From positions 416,001 through 480,000 of the forward strand of contig JASGJN010000022.1 of the NCBI GenBank assembly GCA_049840735.1: a DNA stretch of 64,000 nucleotides, written 5' to 3'. Below the pieces are notes generated by a model. It saw only the letters and a list, made by a program, of their open reading frames with translations. It was not told the DNA's origin and made no database searches. Origin of the DNA: Anaeromyxobacter sp. GTDB lineage: Bacteria > Myxococcota > Myxococcia > Myxococcales > Anaeromyxobacteraceae. The position numbers and the translations under genes were made by a program. This document shows, in pieces, positions 38,308-47,592 of this stretch (position 1 is its first letter; every line of letters begins with the position of its first letter).

Positions 38308-39799
38308 ATGGCCGACCTCGCCGCCCACCTGGTCAAGTCCGGTGTCCTGCCGCCCGACGCGGCGGCGCGGGCCATCGCCGCGGCCAACGACGGCGACGTG
38401 GCCTCGGCCGCCCTGCGGCTGGGGCTGGCGCCCGAGGGGGCGCTGGTCCGGGCGCTGGCCGACGTCCACGACTGCCCCGGCGTCGACTTCTCCAAGACCG
38501 CCGTCCCCACCGCCAACCTGGATGCCATCGCCCCGGCCTTCTGCCGGCAGCGGCGGGTGCTGCCGGTCTCGGTGGGCAAGTCCGAGCTGGTCCTGGCCAT
38601 GGCCGAGCCGTCCGACCACGCCCTGGCCGACGAGAATCCGCTTCGTCACCGGCCGCAAGGTGCTCCGCTACGTGGCGGTGCCGGCGGCCATCGAGCGGAC
38701 GCTCGACGCCCTGCAGCGCGAGCGCGCCCGGGGGCTGCAGGCGTGGCGCGGCCCGCAGGCCCCGGCGCTCCCCGACCCGGCCGCCGCCTGGGTGGGCGTG
38801 GTCCACCCCTCCACCCGCCGCAACCCCTCCGAGCAGACCGGCTCCATCGAGCTGCCCGAGATCACCTCCACCATGGAGGTGATCGGCGTGGCCGACACGG
38901 TGGACGCGCAGACGCCCTTCTCCGCGCCGTCGCCGGCCCGGCGCTCGCGACCGGCCGAGCTGGAGCCTCCGCCCGCGCCCGCCCTGCTGCGTCCCGGCGG
39001 CGCCGCCGCCACGGTCAGGCTGGAGGGGATCGGCGCCGGCAAGCTGGCGCTGGTGGCCGACGCCGCCCCCGAGGCGCGCGAGGAGGTGGCCGCGGTCCTG
39101 TCCCGGCTCGGCTGCACCGTCCTCCAGGCCGCGAACGGCCGCGCCGCGCTCGACATCGTCCGCGAGGCCAGGCCGGACCTGATCGTCATCGACGCGATGA
39201 TGCCCATGATGCCGGGCTTCGAGGTCTGCCGGGCCGTCAAGGGCGACCCGGTGCTGCGCCCGACGCGCGTGGTGCTCAGCTCGGCCATCCACCGCGGCAC
39301 GGTGGCCGCCGACGCCAAGATCGCCTTCGGGGCCGACGCCTTCGCCGAGAAGCCCTTCCGCAGCGACGAGCTGCTCCGCACCTTGAAGCTGCTGCTGCTG
39401 GGGCCGACCGGCGATCCGGCCGACCAGGCCGCGCGCGCGGTGGCCGCCACCGCCTGGCGCGAGGGGGCCAAGCTGCTGCAGGCCGGGCGGGCCGAGGAGG
39501 CCACCGCGCTCCTGCGCGAGGCGGCCGCCAAGGACGACCTCTCCGCCGAGGCCCACTACTACCTGGGCCACGCGCTGGCGCGGCAGGGGCTCCTCTTCGA
39601 GGCGGCCGCCGCCTTCTCCCGGGCCGCCGAGCTCCGGCCGGACGTGCCCGAGGCCCACGAGGTGCTGGCGCTCACCTACGAGCAGCTGGGCTTCCAGCAG
39701 TCGGCCCGCGAGGCCTGGGCCCGCGCGGTCGAGACCTGCAAGGACGAGCAGCGCCGCCGCGGCATGCAGGAGCGGCTGATGCGCCTGCTGGGGCTGTAG
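38308..39799 (+). CDS. Signalling protein: MshEN/T2SSE_N-like + receiver + TPR; +1 frameshift at ~38636
   Basis: N-domain VLPV..LVLAMAEPSD..DEIRFVTGRKV; receiver PDLIVIDAMMP..GFEVC..EKPF; TPR AEAHYYLG; span is 3n+1. Confidence 0.85.
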
Positions 39800-39844
39800 C
39801 TTTCGGCGCTGCGCGCCGCCCGCGCCCGCGGTAAACCTCCGGCC

Positions 39845-41803
39845 ATGTCCGACCCCAGCTCCCCGCGCCCCGGGGCCGCCGCCGCGCTGTGCGCCGGCCC
39901 GGAGGCCTTCACCCGCAGTGCCCGCGCCGACATGGACCGCGCCCGCGCCGAGGCCGCGCGCGCCCGGGGGCTGGGCGGGGCCGGCGGCCTGGCCACGGTG
40001 GACGCCTACGACGCCGCCTTCGCCGCGCTGGGCGAGGCCGCCTCCCGCGCCAGCCTGGCCCGCAACGTCCACCCCGACGCGGCGCTGCGCGACGCGGCCG
40101 AGGCGGCCGAGCAGGAGGTGGACGCGCTCTCGACGGAGCTGTCGCTGGACCGCGGCCTGTACGACGCGCTCTCGGCGGTGGACGTCTCGCGCGAGGATCC
40201 GGCCACCCGCCACCTGGTCGAGAAGGCGCTGCGCGACTTCCGCCGGTCGGGCGTGGACCGCGACGAGCCCACCCGGGCCCGCGTGCGCGCGCTCCGCGAG
40301 GAGCTGGTCCGGATCGGCCAGGAGTTCGGGCGCAACATCAAGGACGACGTGCGCCGGCTGCCGCTCACGCCGGCCGAGCTGGAGGGGCTGCCGGAGGACT
40401 GGCGCCGCGCCCACCCGCCCGGCGACGACGGCCAGGTGACGCTCACCACCGACAACACCGACTACGTGCCGTTCATGACCTACGCGCGCAGCGAGCGGGC
40501 GCGCGAGGCGCTCTGGCGGCTCTACCGGCTGCGCGGTCACCCGCGCAACCTGGACGTGCTCTCGCGCATGCTGGAGCGCCGGGCCGAGCTGGCGCGGCTG
40601 CTCGGCTACCCGAGCTGGGCGGCCTACGTCACCGAGGACAAGATGATCGGCAGCGCCGAGGCCGCGGCCGCCTTCGTGGCCCGCATCGCCGCCGCCGCCG
40701 AGGCGCGCATGCGCCGCGACCACGCGCAGCTGCTGGAGCGGAAGCGGCGCGACGCGCCCGGCGCGGAGCGGGTGGAGCCCTGGGACTCGGCCTGGCTGCA
40801 GGAGCGGGTCAAGGCGGAGCAGTACGGGTTCGAGGGGCAGTCGGTGCGGCCCTACTTCGAGTACCGCCGGGTGAAGGACGGCGTGCTGGACGTGACGGCC
40901 CGGCTCTTCGGCATCGCCTACACCCGCGTGCCGGACGCGGCGGCCTGGCACCCCGAGGTGGAGGTGCACGACGTGACCGACGCGGAGAGCGGCGCGCTGC
41001 TGGGGCGCGTCTACCTCGACATGCACCCGCGCGAGGGCAAGTACAAGCACTACGCCCAGTTCACGCTGGCGGCCGGCCAGGCCGGGCGGCGGGTGCCCGA
41101 GGGCGTGCTGGTCTGCAACTTCCCGCGGCCGGGCGTGGACGCGCCGGCGCTGATGGAGCACGGCGACGTCCGCACCTTCTTCCACGAGTTCGGCCACCTG
41201 CTCCACCACGTGCTGGGCGGCCACACCCGCTGGGCCGGCCAGTCGGGCGTGGCCACCGAGTGGGACTTCGTGGAGGCGCCCTCGCAGATGCTGGAGGAGT
41301 GGGTCTGGGATCCGGCGGTGCTGGCGCGCTTCGCCCGCCACGTGGAGACCGGCGAGCCCATCCCGGCGGCGCTGGTGGCGCGCATGCGCGCCGCCGACGA
41401 GTACGGCAAGGGGCTGATGGTCCGGCAGCAGATGTTCTACGCCGCGCTCAGCCTGGAGCTGCACCAGCGGGAGCCCGCCGGGCTCGACACCACCGCGCTG
41501 GTGGCGGAGCTGCAGGAGCGCTACACGCCGTTCCGGCACGTGCCCGGCACCTACTTCCACGAGTCCTTCGGCCACCTCGATGGCTACTCGGCCATCTACT
41601 ACACGTACATGTGGAGCCTGGTGATCGCGAAGGACCTGTTCGGCCCGTTCCGCCAGGCCGGGCTGCTCGACCCCGGCCCCGCCCGCCGCTACCGCAGGGC
41701 GGTGCTGGAGCCGGGCGGCTCGCGCCCGGCGGCGGAGCTGGTGGAGGCGTTCCTGGGCCGGCCGCACGGGTTCGACGCGTACGCGGCCTGGCTGGAGGCG
41801 TAG
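39845..41803 (+). CDS. M3-family zinc oligopeptidase (thimet oligopeptidase-like)
   Basis: FFHEFGHLLH, WDFVEAPSQMLE, FGHLDGYSAIYYTYMWS. Confidence 0.93.
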   Translation: MSDPSSPRPGAAAALCAGPEAFTRSARADMDRARAEAARARGLGGAGGLATVDAYDAAFAALGEAASRASLARNVHPDAALRDAAEAAEQEVDALSTELSLDRGLYDALSAVDVSREDPATRHLVEKALRDFRRSGVDRDEPTRARVRALREELVRIGQEFGRNIKDDVRRLPLTPAELEGLPEDWRRAHPPGDDGQVTLTTDNTDYVPFMTYARSERAREALWRLYRLRGHPRNLDVLSRMLERRAELARLLGYPSWAAYVTEDKMIGSAEAAAAFVARIAAAAEARMRRDHAQLLERKRRDAPGAERVEPWDSAWLQERVKAEQYGFEGQSVRPYFEYRRVKDGVLDVTARLFGIAYTRVPDAAAWHPEVEVHDVTDAESGALLGRVYLDMHPREGKYKHYAQFTLAAGQAGRRVPEGVLVCNFPRPGVDAPALMEHGDVRTFFHEFGHLLHHVLGGHTRWAGQSGVATEWDFVEAPSQMLEEWVWDPAVLARFARHVETGEPIPAALVARMRAADEYGKGLMVRQQMFYAALSLELHQREPAGLDTTALVAELQERYTPFRHVPGTYFHESFGHLDGYSAIYYTYMWSLVIAKDLFGPFRQAGLLDPGPARRYRRAVLEPGGSRPAAELVEAFLGRPHGFDAYAAWLEA

Positions 41804-41840
41804 GCCAGCGCGCCGGGCGCCGCGCGGCTAGATCCCTGGC

Positions 41841-42480
41841 GTGCCCGCCCCCGCCGCCCTGGTCCACGCCTCCTGCCTCTCGGTGGACGGGCCGCCGCGC
41901 CTGGCGTTGCTCTACCGGCTGCTCGACTGGGCGGCAGACCTGCTCATCCGGCCCCTGCGCTGGCGCTACCGGCGGCTCCACCGGCTGCGCGGCCGCGCCG
42001 TCACGCGCGGCGCGCTGCTGGCGGCGCTGGCCGAGGCCGCGGCCGAGCCCGGCGTCACGGCGGTGGACCTGGTGGTCCACGCGCACGGGCTGGACCACCG
42101 GCTCTTCCTGGCCGACGGTCCGGTGGACACGGCGGCGCTGGCCTCGGCGCTGCCGGGCCGGGGGAAGCTGCGGCTCCTCTACTCCACCGCCTGCCACGGC
42201 GCCTCCCACGCCGAGGACCTCCGCGCCAGCGGGTTCCGGGTCGCGGTGGGCGCGCGCGCCACCAACGCCAGCGGCGCCACCGAGGTGCCGCTCTTCCTCT
42301 CGCTCTGGGCGGCCGGGTGGCCGGTGTCCCGCGCGCTGGCGGCGGCCGACGCCGGCTGGCTGCGCCGGTGCTGGGACGCGCTGGCGCGGCCGGTGCTGCG
42401 CGCCGCGGGCGCGGCCGCCGTGGTGGACAGCGAGAAGCGGCTGGTGGGGGAGGGCGGGGTGACGGTCGGGTCCACGGGTG
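41841..42480 (+). CDS. Putative clan-CD (caspase/CHAT-like) His-Cys protein; end approximate because no in-frame stop is present
   Basis: DLVVHAHG and LLYSTACHG motifs; coding bias in this frame fades near 42480 but the frame stays open into the gene at 43368. Confidence 0.55.
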
Positions 42481-42567
42481 GGCCCGTGGCCGTGCAAGGC
42501 GCGGCGCGCCGCCCGGATCGGGTTAAGTTGCGCCTGCGCGGGGGCCCTGCCATCCTCGCGCCCTCCC

Positions 42568-43365
42568 GTGTCCCGCACCCTGCGCGCCCTCCCCACGCTG
42601 CTCCGCGTCGGCTTCGCCGAGTCGGTCGCCTACCGCGCCGAGTTCCTGGTCTGGCTGCTCTCCACCAACATGCCGCTGGTGATGATGGCGCTCTGGACCG
42701 CGGTGGCCCGCGAGGCGCCGGTGGGGCGGTTCGGGCAGCGCGAGTTCGTGGCCTACTTCCTGGCCACGCTGGTGGTCCGGCTGCTCACCGGGGCCTGGGT
42801 GGTCTGGGAGATGAACTTCGAGATCCGCCAGGGCACGCTGGTGTACCGGCTGCTGCGGCCGCTCCACCCGCTGGTCCACTACGCGACCGAGAACCTCTCG
42901 GCCATGCCGCTGCGGATCGTGCTCACGCTCCCCATCCTGCTGACGCTGCTCCTGGTGGTCGGCGGCGATCACGTCACCCACGACCCGCTGCTGCTGGCCC
43001 TCTTCCCGCTGGCGGTGGTGGGCGGCTGGCTCATCACCTTCCTGGCCATGGCGGTGATCGGCTGCCTGGCCTTCTGGATGGAGTCGGCCACCTCGCTCTT
43101 CCAGCTCTGGCTTGGGCTGTTCGGCATCTTCTCCGGCTACCTCGTCCCGCTGGAGCTCTTCCCGCCCGCGGTCACGCTGGTGGCCCGCTTCCTGCCGTTC
43201 CGCTACATGCTGGCCGCGCCGGCCGAGCTGCTCATCGGCCTCTCCGGCCGGCCGCACGCGCTGCTCGAGCTGGGCATCCAGTGGGCCTGGGTGGCGGTGC
43301 TGGGGCTGGCCGCGCGCACCATGTGGCGGCTGGGCATCCGCCGCTACTCGGCGTTCGGAGGCTAG
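42568..43365 (+). CDS. ABC-2 type permease (DUF990-like), subunit 1
   Basis: AYRAEF, EIRQGTL..LLRP, FSGYLVPLELFP, LPFRY; about six TMs. Confidence 0.9.
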   Translation: MSRTLRALPTLLRVGFAESVAYRAEFLVWLLSTNMPLVMMALWTAVAREAPVGRFGQREFVAYFLATLVVRLLTGAWVVWEMNFEIRQGTLVYRLLRPLHPLVHYATENLSAMPLRIVLTLPILLTLLLVVGGDHVTHDPLLLALFPLAVVGGWLITFLAMAVIGCLAFWMESATSLFQLWLGLFGIFSGYLVPLELFPPAVTLVARFLPFRYMLAAPAELLIGLSGRPHALLELGIQWAWVAVLGLAARTMWRLGIRRYSAFGG

Positions 43366-43367
43366 CC

Positions 43368-44156
43368 ATGGGCCGCTACCTCCGCCTGCTCCTGATCCAG
43401 CTCCGCGCCTCGGCCGCCCTGGCCCTGCAGTACCGGGCCGAGTTCTTCGGCTCCGGCCTGCTGGCGCTGTTCTGGACCGCCTCGGCGCTGATCCCGCTGC
43501 TGGTGGTCTACGGCGACCGCCCGGCCATCGCCGGCTGGAGCTTCGACGAGGCGCTGGTGGTGATCGGCTGGTTCACGCTGGTGAAGGGCGTGCTGGAGGG
43601 GGCGGTGAACCCCTCGCTCACCGCGGTGGTCGAGCACATCCGCAAGGGCACGCTCGACTTCGTGCTGCTCAAGCCGGCCGACGCGCAGTTCCTGGTCTCG
43701 ACCGCGAAGTTCGAGCCGTGGCGGGTGGTGGACGTGCTCACCGGCCTGGTGATCTTCGGGGTGGCGTTCCACCGCATGGGCCGCGTGCCGTCCGCCGCCG
43801 GCGTGGCCATGGCGGCGGTGCTGCTGGTCTGCGCCACCGTGATCCTCTACTCGCTCTGGATCCTGGTGGTCTCGGCCGCCTTCTTCGTGGTGAAGGTGGA
43901 CAACCTCTCCTTCCTCTTCCTCTCCATGTACGACGCGGCGCGCTGGCCGGCCGACGTCTTCCCCGGCCTGCTCCGGCTGGTCTTCACGGTGGTGATCCCG
44001 CTGGCCATCCTCACCACCTTCCCCGCGGCCGCCCTGCTGGGGCGGCTCGGCGCGCCGCAGGTGGCCGCCATCGCCGCAGGCGCCGCCGTCTTCGCCCTGG
44101 CCGCGCGGGTGGTCTGGCTGCGCTCGATCGGGCGGTACACCTCCGCTTCGTCCTGA
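43368..44156 (+). CDS. ABC-2 type permease (DUF990-like), subunit 2
   Basis: QYRAEF, IAGWSF, IRKGTLDFVLLKP, RYTSASS C-terminus. Confidence 0.9.
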   Translation: MGRYLRLLLIQLRASAALALQYRAEFFGSGLLALFWTASALIPLLVVYGDRPAIAGWSFDEALVVIGWFTLVKGVLEGAVNPSLTAVVEHIRKGTLDFVLLKPADAQFLVSTAKFEPWRVVDVLTGLVIFGVAFHRMGRVPSAAGVAMAAVLLVCATVILYSLWILVVSAAFFVVKVDNLSFLFLSMYDAARWPADVFPGLLRLVFTVVIPLAILTTFPAAALLGRLGAPQVAAIAAGAAVFALAARVVWLRSIGRYTSASS

Positions 44157-44191
44157 TCCGGGCGCGCGCCTCGGCTATACACTCGCCCCCG

Positions 44192-45109
44192 ATGCTCCGC
44201 CTGACCTTCCTCGGCACCGCCGCCGCCCAGCCCACGCTCCGGCGCAACCTGACCGGCCTGGCCATCCGCCGCGAGCGCGAGCTGTGCCTGGTGGACTGCG
44301 GCGAGGGCACCCAGCGCCAGCTCATCCACTTCGGCGCCGGCTTCGACGTCTCCGCCATCTTCTTCACGCACTTCCACGCCGATCACTACCTGGGCGCCAT
44401 CGGCTTCCTGCGCACCCTCTCCATGCAGGGGCGGGCCGAGCCGCTGGACGTGTACGGCCCGCGCTCGGCGCGCCGCATCCTGGAGACCATGCTCTTCACC
44501 GGCGCGGAGAAGTTCTCCTACGAGGTGCGCATCCACGAGGTGCGCCCGGGCGAGGCGGTGGCGCGCGGCGGCTGCAGCTGGGTGCCCTTCGAGACCGACC
44601 ACCGCATGCCGTCGGTGGGCTGGTCGCTGGTGGAGCCGCAGCGGCCGGGCCGCTTCCACCCGGAGAAGGCGGCGGCGCTGGGCGTGCCCAAGGGGCCGCT
44701 GTTCGGCGCGCTGCAGCGCGGCCAGGCGGTGACGCTGCCGGACGGCCGCACCGTGGCCCCGGCCGACGTGGTGGAGCCGGCGCGCCCCGGGCGCACCGTG
44801 GCGGTCACGGGCGACACGCGCCCCTGCGGCGGCACGGTCGGCGCCGCCCGCGGCGGAGACCTGCTGGTGCACGACTGCACCTTCGGCGATCCGGAGGCGG
44901 CGCGCGCCGTGGAGACCCGGCACTCCACCGCGCGCGAGGCGGCCCAGGTGGCACGCGAGGCGGGCGTGAAGCGGCTGGTGCTGACGCACCTGTCCTCGCG
45001 CTACGACCGCGAGTGGCAGCCGCTGCTGGACCAGGCCCGCGAGGTATTCCAGGGACCGGTCGACGTGGCCAGCGACGGGATGATCATCGAGGTCCCGCTG
45101 GAGGGGTGA
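44192..45109 (+). CDS. rnz: Ribonuclease Z
   Basis: FLGTAAAQPT, DCGEGTQRQ, THFHADH, exosite GVPKGP, GDTRP, HST, LTHLSSRY. Confidence 0.95.
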   Translation: MLRLTFLGTAAAQPTLRRNLTGLAIRRERELCLVDCGEGTQRQLIHFGAGFDVSAIFFTHFHADHYLGAIGFLRTLSMQGRAEPLDVYGPRSARRILETMLFTGAEKFSYEVRIHEVRPGEAVARGGCSWVPFETDHRMPSVGWSLVEPQRPGRFHPEKAAALGVPKGPLFGALQRGQAVTLPDGRTVAPADVVEPARPGRTVAVTGDTRPCGGTVGAARGGDLLVHDCTFGDPEAARAVETRHSTAREAAQVAREAGVKRLVLTHLSSRYDREWQPLLDQAREVFQGPVDVASDGMIIEVPLEG

Positions 45110-45202
45110 CCGCGGCGCGCCGGCCGGTCGGGCGGGAGGCCATACCTGTGGCCTCGACGGGGACCATCCGGGCCTTAGGTTCCTCCTCGCAAGGAGACGA
45201 CG

Positions 45203-45907
45203 ATGATCACCATCCGCAAGTCCGAGGACCGGGGCCACTTCGATCACGGCTGGCTCGACACCCGCCACACCTTCTCGTTCGCGAGCTACGAGGACCCGGC
45301 GCACATGGGCTTCCGCGCCCTGCGCGTCATCAACGAGGACCGGGTGGTGCCGGGCGAGGGCTTCGGCACGCACGGCCACCGCGACATGGAGATCCTCTCC
45401 TACGTCCTGGCCGGCGCGCTGGCGCACAAGGACTCCACCGGCGGCGGCGGCGTGCTGCGGCCGGGCGAGGTCCAGCGCATGAGCGCCGGCACCGGCGTGC
45501 GTCACTCGGAGTTCAACGGCTCCGCCGAGGAGCCGGTGCACTTCCTCCAGATTTGGCTGCTGCCCGACCGCGCCGGCCACCCGGCGTCGTACGAGCAGCG
45601 GGCCTACCCGGAGGCCGAGCGGCTGAACCGGCTGCGCCTGGTGGCCTCGCCGGACGGCGCCGAGGGCTCCACGACCGTCCACCAGGACGCCCGCGTGTAC
45701 GCGGCGCTCCTGGAGCCGGGGCGGACGCTGGAGCTGCCGCTGGGCCATGGCCGGCACGGCTGGGTGCAGGTGGCGCGCGGCGCCGTGGAGGTGAACGGCG
45801 CCCGGCTCGGCGCCGGCGACGGCGCGGCGCTGTCGGAGGAGGCGGCCATCCGGCTGCAGGCCTCCGGCCACGCCACCGCCGAGCTGCTGGTGTTCGACCT
45901 GGCGTGA
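45203..45907 (+). CDS. Pirin-family (YhhW-like) bicupin
   Basis: HTFSFA, LRVINED, FGTHGHRDMEI, MSAGTGVRHSE, FLQIW; AGGAG RBS. Confidence 0.95.
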   Translation: MITIRKSEDRGHFDHGWLDTRHTFSFASYEDPAHMGFRALRVINEDRVVPGEGFGTHGHRDMEILSYVLAGALAHKDSTGGGGVLRPGEVQRMSAGTGVRHSEFNGSAEEPVHFLQIWLLPDRAGHPASYEQRAYPEAERLNRLRLVASPDGAEGSTTVHQDARVYAALLEPGRTLELPLGHGRHGWVQVARGAVEVNGARLGAGDGAALSEEAAIRLQASGHATAELLVFDLA

Positions 45908-45922
45908 GGCGGGGCGAGGCCA

Positions 45923-46065
45923 CCTGGCTCGCCCTGCCCTTCGACTCCGCCGCGGCGGAGCCGCGGCTACGCTCAGGGCGAACGGTTCTTCCCGGGCCGT
46001 TCGTCCTGAGCCCTTCGACAGGCTCAGGGCAGGCGGAGTCGAAGGACAGGGGCGAGCGAGCCAGG
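45923..46065. repeat. REP/REPIN-like palindromic element, copy C
   Basis: CCTGGCTCGCCCTGCCCTTCGACTCCGCC ... GGCGGAGTCGAAGGACAGGGGCGAGCGAGCCAGG inverted arms, with internal CTACGCTCAGGGCGAACGG. Confidence 0.85.
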
Positions 46066-46118
46066 CGAGGCCTGCTGCCCAGGTTGGCCTCCACGCCCGT
46101 TCGCGCTAGAACCCCCCC

Positions 46119-47348
46119 GTGCCGCACGACCCCGCCGTCGATCTCGCCGTCTGGATCCCGCGCCTCCTCTCCGTCTGGCGCGAGCGGTCAGGCGCGCGGC
46201 CCGGGCCGCGCCCGGATCCGCGGCGCGGCGGCCCCCAGGGACGGAACGTCCCGCACGGCCGGGCGCCGCGGCCGCCGGAGGACGCGCTCCTCCCGGACGA
46301 GCTGCGCAGCGTGGCGGCGGCGGTGGAGCGGCTCTCGCGCGGGCTGACCCGCGATCGCGAGCTGGCCGGCGCCCGCTACATGGACGAGGACCGGCTGCTG
46401 GGCGCCTACCTGCTCTTCTACTGGCCGGTCTCCTACCTGCAGGCCCGCGGCGTGCTCTCCGAGCTGCCGCGCCGGCCGCGCAGCGTGCTCGACCTGGGCA
46501 GCGGCCCGGGCCCGCTGGCCTTCGCCGCGCTGGACGCCGGCGCCGCCGAGGCGGTGGCGGCGGACCGCTCGCAGCCGGCCCTGGCGTCGGCGCGCAAGCT
46601 GGCCGCCGCGGCGGGCGAGGCGCTGGCCACGCGCGAGTGGAACCCCACCCGCCCCGGCGCGCTGGCGGGCGTGGCGGGCGGGAAGACCTTCGACGTGGTG
46701 ACGATGGGCCACGTGCTGAACGAGCTTTGGAAGGGGCAGGACGAGGACGCGCGCCGGGCCGCCCTCCTGGAGGAGGTGCTGGGGCTGGTGGCGCCGGGCG
46801 GCTCGCTGGTGGTGCTGGAGCCGGCGCTGCGCGAGACCTCGCGCGCGCTCCTGCGGGTGCGCGACCGGCTGGTGGCGCGCGGGTACGCGGTCCGGGCGCC
46901 GTGCCTGTTCCGCGAGGCCTGCCCGGCGCTGATCAAGGAGACCGATTGGTGCCACGCCGAGCGGCCGGTCTCGCCGCCGCCGCTGGTGGCGCAGATCGCC
47001 AAGGCCGCCGGCCTCCGCCGCGAGGCGGTGAAGATGAGCTACCTGGTGCTGGCGCCGCGCGGCGAGGCCTGGGCGCCGCCGCCGCCCGGGCGCGTGTTCC
47101 GGATCGTCTCCGAGCCGCTGCCGTCCAAGGGGCGGCTGCGCTACATGGCCTGCGGCCCCGAGGGGCGGATGGGGCTGTCCTTGCAGGAGAAGCACGTCGG
47201 CCCCGCCAACCAGGCCTTCGAGCGGCTGCTGCGCGGCGACGTGATCGAGGTGGGCGGCGGGGAACCCCGCGGCGACGGCCTGGCCCTGGGCGAGGGGTCG
47301 GCGGTGAAGGTGATCGCGCCGGCGGGGAAGCCGGTGGCGGACCGCTGA
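46119..47348 (+). CDS. Rsm22/METTL17-like SAM-dependent methyltransferase
   Basis: AYLLFY, LDLGSGPG, HVLNEL, VLEP, APCLFREACP..WCH, KMSYLVL, MACGPEG. Confidence 0.85.
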   Translation: MPHDPAVDLAVWIPRLLSVWRERSGARPGPRPDPRRGGPQGRNVPHGRAPRPPEDALLPDELRSVAAAVERLSRGLTRDRELAGARYMDEDRLLGAYLLFYWPVSYLQARGVLSELPRRPRSVLDLGSGPGPLAFAALDAGAAEAVAADRSQPALASARKLAAAAGEALATREWNPTRPGALAGVAGGKTFDVVTMGHVLNELWKGQDEDARRAALLEEVLGLVAPGGSLVVLEPALRETSRALLRVRDRLVARGYAVRAPCLFREACPALIKETDWCHAERPVSPPPLVAQIAKAAGLRREAVKMSYLVLAPRGEAWAPPPPGRVFRIVSEPLPSKGRLRYMACGPEGRMGLSLQEKHVGPANQAFERLLRGDVIEVGGGEPRGDGLALGEGSAVKVIAPAGKPVADR

Positions 47349-47373
47349 TCGACCCGCTGCGCGGGTTCACTCT

Positions 47374-47526
47374 CCGTTCGTGGTGAGCGTAGGGCCGGGC
47401 TCGCGCCGGGTGGTCCGGCTGTCCGGCCCGGAGTCGAACCACGAGGTTGGACCGCGAGAGGGCCACGAGGAACCCTGTCCTTCGACTCCGCGCCCGCGTC
47501 GCGGGCGCTACGCTCAGGACGATCGG
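47374..47526. repeat. REP/REPIN-like palindromic element, copy B
   Basis: Collinear with 5527-5679, including the upstream GGGTTCAC; lies between convergent genes. Confidence 0.85.
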
Positions 47527-47592
47527 ATCCCGTGGGCCCCGCCCGCACATTCAAGCGGGGAGCTCGAAGTCGGATGGCAGGCGCGGGACCGC

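Noticed and set aside
37287..39799. Programmed ribosomal frameshifting or real pseudogenisation of gpsA and its neighbour
   Set aside because: No slippery sequence, both halves look fully conserved, and the same GAGAATC context occurs at both sites; sequencing error is more likely.
41841..44156. 771-aa peptidase-permease fusion protein
   Set aside because: The middle third is the off-frame reading of permease 1, and permease 2 has its own RBS and ATG; a lost stop codon is the simpler explanation.
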